Assembly: GCA_028826165.1 (NCBI GenBank)
Contig: JAPDFW010000022.1
Location: 186,001 to 250,000 of the forward strand
Origin: Anaeramoeba ignava BMAN
Taxonomy: Eukaryota; Protista; Anaeramoebae
Length of the DNA: 64,000 bases
Direction of reading: 5' to 3'
In this document: positions 36,996 through 49,600 of the stretch, one piece after another
Numbering within the stretch: position 1 is the stretch's first letter
How the letters are laid out: the number at the start of each line of letters is the position of its first letter
Notes under the pieces: model-generated
Told to the model about the DNA's origin: nothing
Seen by the model: the letters and a program-made list of their open reading frames with translations, nothing else
The model's database searches: none
Position numbers and translations under genes: made by a program

Positions 36996-38744
36996 ATGAA
37001 TGAAATTATATTTTTTGGAAGAAATCTATTGCCAAAACTTTTCAAAAATGAACCAGATGTAATAAGAAAGCCTATTCAATTTAAATTTGAAAATGAAAAT
37101 GAAAATGAAAATGAAAAACAAATTAAACAAATTTTTTCAGGTTATTCTGGAACATTTTTCCTCTTTGAAAATGGGGAAGTAATGCACTATTTGAAATATG
37201 CAGATCCAAATCAAAATCCTCAAAAAATCCAAATTGAAAATATTCAAAAAGTATCTGTTGGTGATAATAATGCAGCTATTTTAACAATAGAAGGAAATGT
37301 ATTTGCTAACGGAAGATATATTAATCCAAAAAATCCTGATGAATTTATCAATATTTCATCATTAATTGAAGATACAAATGATAGGATAATTGAAGATATT
37401 GCTTGTTCATCTTATTCAATTTACTTATTAACTTCAAATCAAAATGTTTATGGAATTGGTTCAAATGGATATGGTCAACTTGGTTTTGATTCTGGAACAC
37501 TTAGTAAAACAGAAAAACCAATTTTAATGATGAAAAATGTTTCTAAAATATTTTCAGGAAGTTCTTCATATTCTGTTTTTCTTTTAAATTCAAATCAAGA
37601 ATTATTTACATGTGGATATAATTATCAGGGTAAACTTGGATTAGGAGAATCAAGAAAAGAAACAGAAATCCAAAAATTAACCCAAATACAAAATATTCCA
37701 AAAGGCAAAATAATTGATATTCAATCTGGATATTCTTTTTCAATAATGTTGATTGAAGATGAAAATGAAAAAAGAAAACTTTATTCATGTGGAAATTATG
37801 AATATAATGGACTTGGCCAAAATGGAAATAGCTATGAATTTACTGAAATCAAATCATCTTTATTTGAAAATGATAATATTCTTGATTTTTCTGTTGGAAA
37901 TGCTCATACTTTGATTTTAACTTCAAAAAGAAAATTAATTTCATTTGGAGATAATGCTTATGGTCAATTAGGAGCAAGAGATACAAAAAATAAAAAAATT
38001 CCCATTCAAATTGAACTTCCTAAATTAAGATTTAATGAAGATATTTCCAATTATCATATCCTTTGTAGAAATGAAAAATCATTTCTTTATTATTCTCCTC
38101 CTTCTTTTTCTAATCTTGAAGAAGATTTGATAAAATTATTTGGAAGAAAAGAATTTTGTGATATTTCATTTAAAACAGAAAATGGAGAAATAATCGAAGC
38201 TCATAAATTAATATTGAAATACAGATTAAAAGATCAAAATCAATATGAAAAACTTCAAGAAATTATTTCAAAAAAATCAATTAAAGAATCAAATCAAATA
38301 TTTGAAATGATTTATTCAAACAAAATAATAAATCCAAAATTATATTCTGAAATTAAAGAAATTATAAATTCAAATGAAAAAATAGAAGAAACAATGAAAA
38401 GAATTTATTTAAATGAAAATGAAAAAGATTTTATAATTGAAAGAAAAGAAAAACAATATAAATTTCCCAAATTAATATTAATAATGAGAAGTGAATTATA
38501 TCGAGGAATGTTTTTATCTGTAACAGAAGATACTTCTAATAAAGTTACAGATTATAGTGAAATAAGTAATAAATCATTTCAAATATTTGAATATTGGATT
38601 TATTCAAATCAAATCAAAGAAGGAATTGAAATTACACAAGAAATAATCGATGAATTTGAAGGAGGAATTGATTATTTTCAATTAAATCAAACAAATCCAA
38701 ATTTATTTGATTTATTAATTAAAAAATTTAATAATCAAAATTAA
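36996..38744 (+). CDS. RCC1-BTB paralogue copy 4, intact, 582 aa
   Basis: Same architecture as copy 3. Confidence 0.95.
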   Translation: MNEIIFFGRNLLPKLFKNEPDVIRKPIQFKFENENENENEKQIKQIFSGYSGTFFLFENGEVMHYLKYADPNQNPQKIQIENIQKVSVGDNNAAILTIEGNVFANGRYINPKNPDEFINISSLIEDTNDRIIEDIACSSYSIYLLTSNQNVYGIGSNGYGQLGFDSGTLSKTEKPILMMKNVSKIFSGSSSYSVFLLNSNQELFTCGYNYQGKLGLGESRKETEIQKLTQIQNIPKGKIIDIQSGYSFSIMLIEDENEKRKLYSCGNYEYNGLGQNGNSYEFTEIKSSLFENDNILDFSVGNAHTLILTSKRKLISFGDNAYGQLGARDTKNKKIPIQIELPKLRFNEDISNYHILCRNEKSFLYYSPPSFSNLEEDLIKLFGRKEFCDISFKTENGEIIEAHKLILKYRLKDQNQYEKLQEIISKKSIKESNQIFEMIYSNKIINPKLYSEIKEIINSNEKIEETMKRIYLNENEKDFIIERKEKQYKFPKLILIMRSELYRGMFLSVTEDTSNKVTDYSEISNKSFQIFEYWIYSNQIKEGIEITQEIIDEFEGGIDYFQLNQTNPNLFDLLIKKFNNQN

Positions 38745-39510
38745 AATTAAAAAAAATTAAAATTAAAATTAAAATTAAAATTAAAATTTAAAATTAAAAT
38801 TAAAAATTAAAATCAAAATTAGAATTAAAATTAAAATTAAAATCAAAATCAAAAATCAAAATTAAAATTAAAAATTAAAATTAAAATTAAAATTAAAATC
38901 AAAATTAAAATTAAAATTAAAATTAAAATTAAAATTAAAATTAAAATTAAAATTAAAATTAAAAATTAAAATTAAAAATTAAAATTAAAATTAAAATTAA
39001 AATTAAAATTAAAATTAAAATTAAAATTAAAATAAAATTAAAATAAAATTAAAAAAAAATTAAAAAATAAAAATTAAAAATCAAAATTAAAATTAAAAAT
39101 TAAAATCAAAATTAAAATTAAAATTAAAAATTAAAAATTAAAATTAAAATTAAAATTAAAATTAAAATTAAAATTAAAATTAAAATCAAAATTAAAATTA
39201 AAATTTAAAATTAAAATTAAAATTAAAATTAAAATTAAAATTAAAATTAAAATTAAAATTAAAATTTAAAATTAAAATTAAAATTAAAATTAAAATTAAA
39301 ATTAAAATTAAAATTAAAATTAAAATTAAAATTAAAATTAAAAATTAAAATTAAAATTAAAATTAAAATTAAAATTAAAATCAAAATTAAAATTAAAATT
39401 AAAATCAAAATTAAAATTAAAATTAAAATTAAAATCAAAATTAAAATCAAAATTAAAATCAAAATTAAAATTAAAAATTAAAAATTAAAATTAAAATCAA
39501 AATCAAAATC
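38740..39510. repeat. (TTAAAA)n spacer
   Basis: Direct reading. Confidence 0.95.
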
Positions 39511-39537
39511 ATTTTTTCATTTTTTTTCTTTTTAAAA

Positions 39538-41336
39538 ATGAATGATTGTTTATTTTTTGGTGATAATAAATATCCAAAACTTATCAAAAATGAATCAGAA
39601 AAATAACAAAACCAATTCAATTTAAATTTGAAAATGAAAATGAAAATGAAAATGAAAATGAAAAAGAAAAAGAAAAAGAAAATGAAAATGAAAATGAAAA
39701 ACAAATTAAACAAATTTCATCAGGTGAATATTCAATAATTTTCCTTTTTGAAAATGGAAAAGCAATAGAATATTTACAAAATTCAAATCAAAATCCTGAA
39801 AAAATCCAAATTGAAGAAAATATTCAAAAAGTAACTGTTGGTAATGAAAATGAAGCTATTTTAACAAAAGAAGGAAATGTATTTGCAAAAGGATATAATA
39901 TTAATCCAAAAAATCCTGATGAATTTATCAATATTTCATCATTAATTAAAGATACAAATGATAGAATAATTGAAGATATTGCTTGTGGTGCTTATTCAAT
40001 TTACTTATTAACTTCAAATCAAAATGCTTATGTAATTGGTTCAAATCAATATTGCCAACTTGGTTTTGATTTTTTAACACTTAGAAAAACAGAAAAACCA
40101 ATTTTAATGATGAAAAATGTTTCTAAAATATTTTCAGGAAATTCCTCAAAACATGTTTTTCTTTTAAATTCAAATCAAGAATTATTTGGATGTGGTTGGA
40201 ATCTTTATGGTCAACTTGGATTAGGAGAATCAAGAAAAGAAACATATATCAAAAAATTAACCAAAATCCAAAATATTCCAAAAGGTAAAATAATTGATAT
40301 TCAATGTGGACATCCTCATTCAATAATGTTGATTGAAAATGAAAATGAAAATGAAAATCCAAAAAGAAAACTTTATTCATGTGGATATTATGAATATAAT
40401 GGACTTGGCAAAAATAAAGATACTTATGAATTTACTGAAATCAAATCATCTTTATTTGAAAATGATGATAATATTCTTGAAATTTCTGTTGGAAATCCTC
40501 ATACTTTGATTTTAACTTCTAATTCAAAATTAATTGGATTTGGACATAATTGGTTTGGTCAATTAGGAACTGGAGATACAGAAAATCAATTAATTCCAAT
40601 TCAAATTGAACTTCCTAAATTAAGATTTAATGAAAATATTTCCAATTATCATATTTCTTGTGGATATTACAGATCATTTCTTTATTATTCTCCTCCTTCT
40701 TTTTCTAATCTTGAAGAAGATTTGATAAAATTATTTAGAAGAAAAGAATTTTGCAATATTTCATTTAAAACCGAAAATGGAGAAATAATTGAAGCTCATA
40801 AATTAATATTGAAATATAGATTAAAACAAAATCAAAATCAAATTGAAAAACTTCAAGAAATTATTTCAAAAAAATCAATTAAAGAATCAAATCAAATATT
40901 TGAAATGATTTATTCAAACAAAATAATAAATCCAAAATTATATTCTGAAATTAAAGAAATTATAAATTCAAATGAAAAAATTGAAGAAACAATGAAAAGA
41001 ATTTATTTAAATGAAAATGAAAAAGATTTTATAATTGAAAGAAAAGAAAAACAATATAAATTTCCAAAATTAATATTAATAATGAGAAGTGAATTATATC
41101 GAGGAATGTTTTTATCTGTTACAAATGATACTTCTAATAAAGTTACAGATTATAGTGAATTAAGTAATAAATCATTTCAAATATTTGAATATTGGATTTA
41201 TTCAAATCAAATCAAAGAAGGAATTGAAATTACACAGGAAATAATTGATGAATTTGAAGGAGGAATTGATTATTTTCAATTAAATCAAACAAATCCAAAT
41301 TTATTTGATTTATTAATTAACAAATTTAATAATTAA
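39538..41336 (+). CDS. RCC1-BTB paralogue copy 5 (-1 frameshift in an A-run at ~39602)
   Basis: MNDCLFFG start at 39538; the rest is colinear with intact copies. Confidence 0.9.
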
Positions 41337-41610
41337 AATTAAAATTAAAATCAAAATTAAAATTAAAATTAAAATTAAAATTAAAATTAAAACTAAAATT
41401 CAAATTAAAATCAAAACTAAAATTAAAATTAAAATTAAAATTAAAATTAAAATTAAATTTAAAATTAAAATCAAAATTAAAATTTAAATTAAAATTAAAA
41501 TTAAAATCAAAATTAAAATTAAAATTAAAATTAAAATTAAAATTAAAATTAAAATTAAAATTAAAATTAAAATTAAAATTAAAATTAAAATTAAAATTAA
41601 AATCAAAAAT
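41333..41610. repeat. (TTAAAA)n spacer
   Basis: Direct reading. Confidence 0.95.
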
Positions 41611-41645
41611 TCCAAAATCATTTTTTCATTTTTTTCTTTTCAAAA

Positions 41646-43433
41646 ATGAATGATTGTTTATTTTTTGGAAGAAATCTATTACCAAAACTTATCAAAAATG
41701 AACCATATAAAATAAGAAAACCAATTCAATTTAAATTTGAAAATGAAAATGAAAATGAAAAACAAATTAAACAAATTTCATCAAGTTATTATTCAACAAT
41801 TTTCCTTTTTAAAAATGGAAAAGCAATAGAATATTCAACTCAAAAATATTCAAGCCAAAATCCTGAAAAAGTCCTAATTCAAAAAATCCAAATTGAAGAA
41901 AATATTCAAAAAGTATCTGTTGGTTATCGAAATGAAGCTATTTTAACAAAAGAAAGAAATGTATTTGCCAAAGGAGAATATATTAATCCAAAAAATCCAA
42001 AAGAATTTATCAATATTTCATCATTAATTGAAGATACAAATGATAGAATAATTCGAAGATATTGTTTCTGGAAATAGTTCAATTTACTTATTAACTTCAA
42101 ATCAAAATGTTTATGGAATTGGTTCAAATGGATATGATCAACTTGGTTTTGATTCTAAAACACTTGAAACAACAGAAAAACCAATTTTAATAATGAAAAA
42201 TGTTTCTAAAATATTTTCAGGCATTAATTCAAATCATGTTTTTCTTTTAAATTCAAATCAAGAATTATTTGGATGTGGGTTGAATGAATATGGTCAACTC
42301 GGATTAGGAGAATCAAGAAAAGAAACAAAAATCCAAAATTAACCAAAATCCAAAATATTTCAAAAGGCAAAATAATTGATATTAAATGTGGAAATTTCCA
42401 TTCAATAATGTTGATTGAAAATGAAGATCAAAATGAAAATCCAAAAAGAAAACTTTATTCATGTGGTGGCTATCGATATAATGGACTTGGCAAAGATGAA
42501 AATACTTATGAATTTACTGAAATCAAATCATCTTTATTTGAAAATGATGATGATATTCTTGATTTTTCTGTTGGACTCAATCAGAGTTTGATTTTAACTT
42601 CTAATTCAAAATTAATTGGATTTGGAAAGAATTTATTTGGTCAATTAGGAACTGGAGATACAAAAAATAAACTAATTCCAATTCAAATTGAACTTCCTAA
42701 ATTAAGATTTAATGAAAATATTTCCAATTATCATATTTCTTGTGGATATGAGAAATCATTTCTTTATTATTCTCCTTCTTTTTCTAATCTTGAAGAAGAT
42801 TTGATAAAACTATTTGAAAGAAAAGAATTTTGTGATATTTCATTTAAAACCGAAAATGGAGAAATAATTGAAGCTCATAAATTAATATTGAAATACAGAT
42901 TAAAACAAAATCAAAATCAAATTGAAAAACTTCAAGAAATTATTTCAAAAAAATCAATTAAAGAATCAAATCAAATATTTGAAATGATTTATTCAAACAG
43001 AATAATAAATCCAATATTATATTTTGAAATTAAAGAAATTATAAATTCCAATGAAAAAATTGAAGAAACAATGAAAAGAATTTATTTAAATGAAAATGAA
43101 AATGAAAAAGAAAAAGATTTTATAATTGAAAGAAAAGAAAAACAATATAAATTTCCAAAATTAATATTAATAATGAGAAGTGAATTATATCGAGGAATGT
43201 TTTTATCTGTAACAGAAGATAAATCTAATAAAGTTACAGATTATAGTGAATTGAGTAATAAATCATTTCAAATATTTGAATATTGGATTTATTCAAATCA
43301 AATTAAAGATGAGATTCAAATTACACAAGAAATAATTGATGAAATTCAAATTGGAATTGATTATTTTCAATTAAATCAAACAAATCCAAATTTATTTGAT
43401 TTATTAATTAACAAATTTAATAATCAAAATTAA
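41646..43433 (+). CDS. RCC1-BTB paralogue copy 6 (+1 at ~42054, -1 at ~42337)
   Basis: ATTCGAAGAT and CCAAAATTAA versus consensus ATT(C/G)AAGAT and CCAAAAATTAA. Confidence 0.88.
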
Positions 43434-43636
43434 AATTAAAATTAAAAAAATTAAAAAAAAAAATTTTTTTTGTTTCTTTTTTTTTAAAGGAATTTCAATA
43501 AATAATAACTAAACAAAGATAGATAAAATAAATAAAACAAAAAAGAAAGAAATTAATTTTAAAACAAATTTCCATTTTTTTATTTCTTTTTTTATTTTTC
43601 TTCTTCTTTCTTTTTCAAATAAAATAAAAAAAAGTG

Positions 43637-46600
43637 ATGAATTCAATCAAAATTTTTTTGAACTCATTTTTAATAATTTTTTTAATTGGAAAAGTAATAA
43701 CAGATACAGGATGTGATTTATATGTAAGCAAAACAGGAAATGACGGGAATCCAGGAACATTTGAATCACCTTGTTTAACAATAGAACACACAATAACTCT
43801 TTTGAATTCAACTCATACACGAATTTGTATTTCACCTGGAACTTATGTTTTAACTTCACCTTTATATCTTGAAAATGGTGATTGGGTTTTGAAATCACTT
43901 GGTGATAGAACTTCAACTTTTATTGATGGAGCTCAATCTATGGAATGTCTTCATATTGAATTAAGTGATGGTTTTCATCCAAAAGTTGAAGGTTTAACTT
44001 TTCAAAATTGTAGAAATACTTCTGCTTCTAATAATGGTAACTCAAGTTTCTAACATTTTTATTTATTTTTTTTTTTTAATTTTTTTTTGCTTTTTAGATC
44101 AACAAACCAGAAAAAATTTTTTTTAATTTTTTTGTTTACCTATCAAAAAATAACTATCAAATTTAAACAACAAAATAATTATTAATCAAATTTACTATTA
44201 AATTTAAAATCAAAAAATAACTATCAAATTTAAACAACAAAATAATTATTAATCAAAATTACTATTAAATTTAAACAACAAAATAACTATCAAATTTAAA
44301 CAACAAAATAACTATTAAATTTAAACAAAATAACTATCAAATTTAAACAATAAAATAATTATCAAATTAAAACAACAAAATAATTATCAAATTAAAACAA
44401 TAAATTTAAAACTAAAATAACTATCAAATTAAAACAACAAAATAATTATTAAATTTAAACAACAAAATAACTATCAAATTTAAACAATAAAATAATTATC
44501 AAATTAAAACAACAAAATAACTATCAAACAAAATAATTATTAAATTTAAACAACAAAATAATTATTAAATTTAACAACAAAATAACTATCAAATTTAAAC
44601 AACAAAATAATTATTAAATTTAAACAATAAAATAACTATTAAATTTAAACAACAAAATAACTATCAAATTTAAACAACAAAATAATTATCAAATTTAAAC
44701 AACAAAATAATTATCAAATTTAAACAATAAAATCAAATTTAAACAATAAAATAATTATCAAATTTAAACAATAAAATAATTATTAATCAAATTTAAACAA
44801 TAAAATAACTATTAATTAAAATAACTATTCAAATTTAAACAATAAAATAACTATTAATTAAAATTACTATTAAATTTAAACAACAAAATAACTATTAAAT
44901 TTAAACAACAAAATAATTATCAAATTTAAACAATAAAATAACTATTAATCAAATTTAAACAATAAAATAATTATTAAATTTAAACAATAAAATAACTATT
45001 AAATTTAAACAATAAAATAATTATCAAATTTAAACAACAAAATAATTATTAAACAAAATTTAAATTAATTATTAATTAAAATTTAAATTAAAAATTAAAT
45101 TAAAAAATTAAAAAGGAGGTGCAATTAATGCTTGGTGTTCTGCTTCTTATTATCAAGTCGAAATTAATTCTTGTGGATTTTACAATAATTCGGGACAAAG
45201 AGGAGGAGCAATTTATAGTGAAAATTGTCAAATGAAACTTAGTAATAACATTATTCAAAACAATTTTGCTGAAGATTCAGGAGGTGGTTTTTGTTGTTTC
45301 CTTTCAACATCAGTGCTTTCTGTACCAACATTATATTTCACCGACAATATATTTTCAAACAATTCCGTTTCAAATCCTTCAAAAAATAGCAATATTGAGA
45401 ATAAAGAAAACAGTTTGAATACCTTTTCTCCTCTTTCTTCATGTAAAAGAGATGCTACGCACAATGTAAATGATTGTGATGATTGTTTTAATGGTGGATC
45501 TTGTGGACTTGATGGTAGTTGTAGGTGTCTTCCTGGTTCTTATAGACCAGAATTAAATACAACTTTGTGTCCTTTTTGTTCTCCTGGAAAGTTTACTTCT
45601 AATATAAATGAAAATTATTGTAGAGATTGTGATCTAAATACTTTTTCAGCATATTATGGTTCTACTATTTGTGATTCTTGTCCAGCAGGAACTGTAACTA
45701 TTGGAACTGGTAATTACATTATAGATATTTAATTTAATATTTTAATATTTAATTTAATTTAATAGAATATTTATTTCAATATTTATTTTAATATTGATTT
45801 TAATATTTATTTTAATATTTAATTTAATATTTATTTTAATATTCAATTTAATATTTATTTCAATATTTATTTTAATATTTTAATATTTAAATATTCTTAG
45901 GCCAAATTGAATGCACTCCAGTTGAAGTCCAAAACCTCCAAGCAACTAATATTCTTTCAAGTGAATTCACATTAGAATGGGATCCACCAAGTCAATTTTC
46001 AGTAACAAATTATAACATCTATTACAGTTACAATGATAGCGTTGAATGGGATCAAATCACAATATCGAATGAAACAAGCTACACATTCAGTAACATTTTC
46101 TCAGGAAATTACAGTGTAAAAATCCAAGGAATCAACAATCAAGGAGAAGGATTAAACAGCACTATAATAGATATTGAAACACTTCCACCAGGCCAACCAA
46201 GTGCACCAATAGTGGTTATAAACGAGACTGAATTCTCACCAACTTCTTTTGGAGTTTCATGGAGCATTCCAAATCACGGTGGATCACCTATTGATCATTA
46301 TAATATCACGTTTTATCCACAAGGTCAGCCAGAAAGCATTGTTAATAACAGTGTGCCCTATACACAACTTTGGTTTACTGCAACAGATTTATTAAGTGGT
46401 GAATATGTTGTTAATGTGCGCGCAGTTTCTACTGTTGAAGGAATTTGGTCAGATCCTAAACTCGTTTGGACTCATATGGCTGTAGTTCCTTCTGTCATGG
46501 ATCCTGTCAATATAGATATTCAATATCCTGATGGATTCAGAGTCTCATGGATACCTCCTGATTCAAATGGTGGACAAGAAATTGTTAAGTATGAAATTGA

Positions 46601-49600
46601 GATGACTCCAGAAGAAGGTTCTGTAAAAACTTATACTGCTAATCCTAGTCCGTTATATAAAACAATTACTGGATTATTGACTGGAAATTTTTCTTTTAGA
46701 ATTCGTGCAGATAACGGAATAACTCCAAAAGCAGATTACAGTGAGTTTGTCAATGCAACAACTGCTGATCCTACAGCTCCATATAAACCAGGTAGTTTGA
46801 GACTTTATTCCGCTTATTCATATTATATTTACATGCGATGGAATGCGCCAAGAACAGGAGGATCACCAATAACTGATTACTATTTCCAACATCGTAAACA
46901 AGGAGATACTACTTGGATTACTAATCACATTCAATATGCTACCACTTATTATTATGTATATCCTCTTCTTAATGGAACTTATGAATTCCAAGTTGCTGCA
47001 TGTAATATCATCGGATGCGGACCTTATTCTAACATTGCAACAGAATCAACAGCAGAACCAACTATTCCTAGTTACATTTACAGTGTTACTAAAACTGACG
47101 GAAATTCAACATCAATTACAATTTCTTGGTCTGCTCCTTCAAATGGTGGACTTGAGATTGATAACTACTCTGTTATGTATACTGTATCTGGAGGCACTGA
47201 GTTCATCGAAATTCTGACAAATTCAACAGAAACAACTTGGACTGTCAATGATCTTGAATCAGGAAGTTATGATTTCAAAGTTTATGCACATAACGCTATT
47301 GGATGGTCAAGTTACGCTTATATATCCACCTTTTCAACAGATCCAACTCAATCACCAAGTCCTGTTGGAACAATAACTCAAATCAATGAATCATCAACAA
47401 CAATTACTTTGGAATGGTCAAAGCCTTCAACAGGCGGAAGAGAAATTTTGAAATATCACATCGATTTCCATTCGTTCCAATCACAAGAATGGCAAGAGGC
47501 TGTATATGATCTTGAAGGAGAAGCACCTGACACACTCAACTTCACAATTACATCTCTTCTTTCTGATAATTATACTGTTCGTATTGCTGCTGAGAATGTC
47601 AACGGTGTTGGCAATTTTTCTTCCGAACAAAACTTCACAACTGATCCCCCAACAACACCCGGTTTGCCGCGCAATATTACTCTTTTGGATTTCTCGCAAA
47701 CATCTATTCATTTGAGTTGGGAATATCCAGAAAACAATGGAGGAGAAGAAATCACTAATTTTATCGTTTATTACTTTGGACAAACAGAAAACATGACTGG
47801 TTTCATGGAAATTGAAAACATCAGCGAATGCATGATCGAAGGCTTGTACACAGATAATTATAGTGTCTTAATTGCGGCACAGAATCCTCAGGGAGTTGGA
47901 GACAATGAAACATTTTTTGCAGTTATGGATATCGAACCAGGAATTCCAGAAAATGTACAGAATATTGAGCATGTCGCAGCAACAGCAACAACAATCACAC
48001 TTCAATGGGATGCTGTGAATAATAACGGGAGAAAAATACTTTACTATCTTGTGGATTATCTTCCTCAGGATCCTAAATACGGGGGAGAAAAAGAAGACAA
48101 CATCACAACAGCCGATAATCCAATTCTTCACACAATCCAAAATCTCTATTCAGGAAACTACTGGGTGACTATATATGCATACAATTCTATTGGTAATTCC
48201 GAGTCGAATCAGGTTCTTGTGTGGACTACAGAACCTGTTGCTCCTGGAATTGTATCAAACCTTCAAGGAGCACCGTTATCACCAGTTTCGATCTCATTGA
48301 CATGGGATGTACCGAATCACGGAGGAAGATTTCTCGAATATTATCTTGTCAAGTACAACTGCAGTGTTCTTGGGATAAACGGGATAGTTATCAACACAAG
48401 CTCGACCGAGCCAGTATGGAATGTGACAGGATTACTTTCATCAAATTACACTTTTGTTATTAAAGCAGCAAATAGTGAAGGTATTTGTGAAAGTTGGAGC
48501 AATCCAAAAACAGTGAGCACAAACCCTCCTGAAGCACCAAGCACTGTTGGCGATGCACAAGTAACTCGCCAGCTTAGAACCCTTCTTGATGTCGAGTGGA
48601 CACCTCCTGATTACAACGGCGGTTGGCCTATTGCTTACTACAATATCTCCTGGGAAGGTTTCAATGTTTCTGGTTCTGGTTCTTCAGCTGTCAACTCATT
48701 CCAAATTGACGGTTTGATTTTGAATTCTTTTTATAACGTTACAATCACTGCTTCAAATGGCTTTAATTCCAGTGCTCCAAAAGTTTTTGAACTCCAAACT
48801 GCCCCAGCCTATCCTGCTCAAGTAACAGGTGTTTTTGCCTCTGAATACGCGCCTGATTACTTTGTTGTCCAGTGGAATCTTCTGGATGATCCTGATTTGA
48901 CTTCTTACTTTATTTCGCTTGGATCACAAAATCAATCACTCAACATCTCAGGCATCAATCCTTCCTCCAACATGCGATTGATAACAAATCTCATTCCCGC
49001 AACAAACTATTCTGTTCGTGTGTGTGGATACATTGACCAAATGCAGGGTATTTGGAGTCAAACTGCTGTCATCCGCACAAACAATTCCGTTCCTGGTGCA
49101 GTTTTTGGTATTTACACAACCGAATCCACACAAACAACATTAAGCATTGCCTGGGAAGAAGCGATCGGGAATGGTCTTGAGATCGACTATTATTCAGTTA
49201 CGATTCTCTCTTCGCAAGGAAATCCGATAAACACTCTGTCTGTTATTGGATTAAGTACAACCGTTGGAGGCTTGACTGCAGACACACTGTACCAAGTTAA
49301 TGTCGTTGCACATAATGATCTCGGATTGGGCGCATCGTCCTCGAGTGCATGGCTTAGGACGGCTAGCGAGGAGTCTTCTCAATCAAACAAAGGACTTGCT
49401 GCTGGTCTTGGTTCAACTCTTGGTGCTTTCGCAATTATTTCTGTTTTTGCTGTGTTGTGGTACAAGAAGAAAACAAAGAAAATAAAACTTCCTCCTCCGC
49501 CAAACTTCGATCCCTTCAAGTTCGGAAAGATATACGAGGCAAGCTTCTCTTCAGAACAACATTCCAAAATAAAATCACTCGATCCTCTTATCGATCTTCT

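Noticed and set aside
17968-39713. ILIL/KIKI/FNFN ORFs
   Set aside because: Translations of (TTAAAA)n arrays.
17975-41610. (TTAAAA)n as telomeric repeat
   Set aside because: The arrays are interstitial, degenerate, lack a G-rich strand and also occur in introns.
16209-43433. Diversity-generating retroelement behind RCC1 variability
   Set aside because: Variation is not adenine-specific, and there is no template/variable repeat pair or reverse transcriptase in the window.
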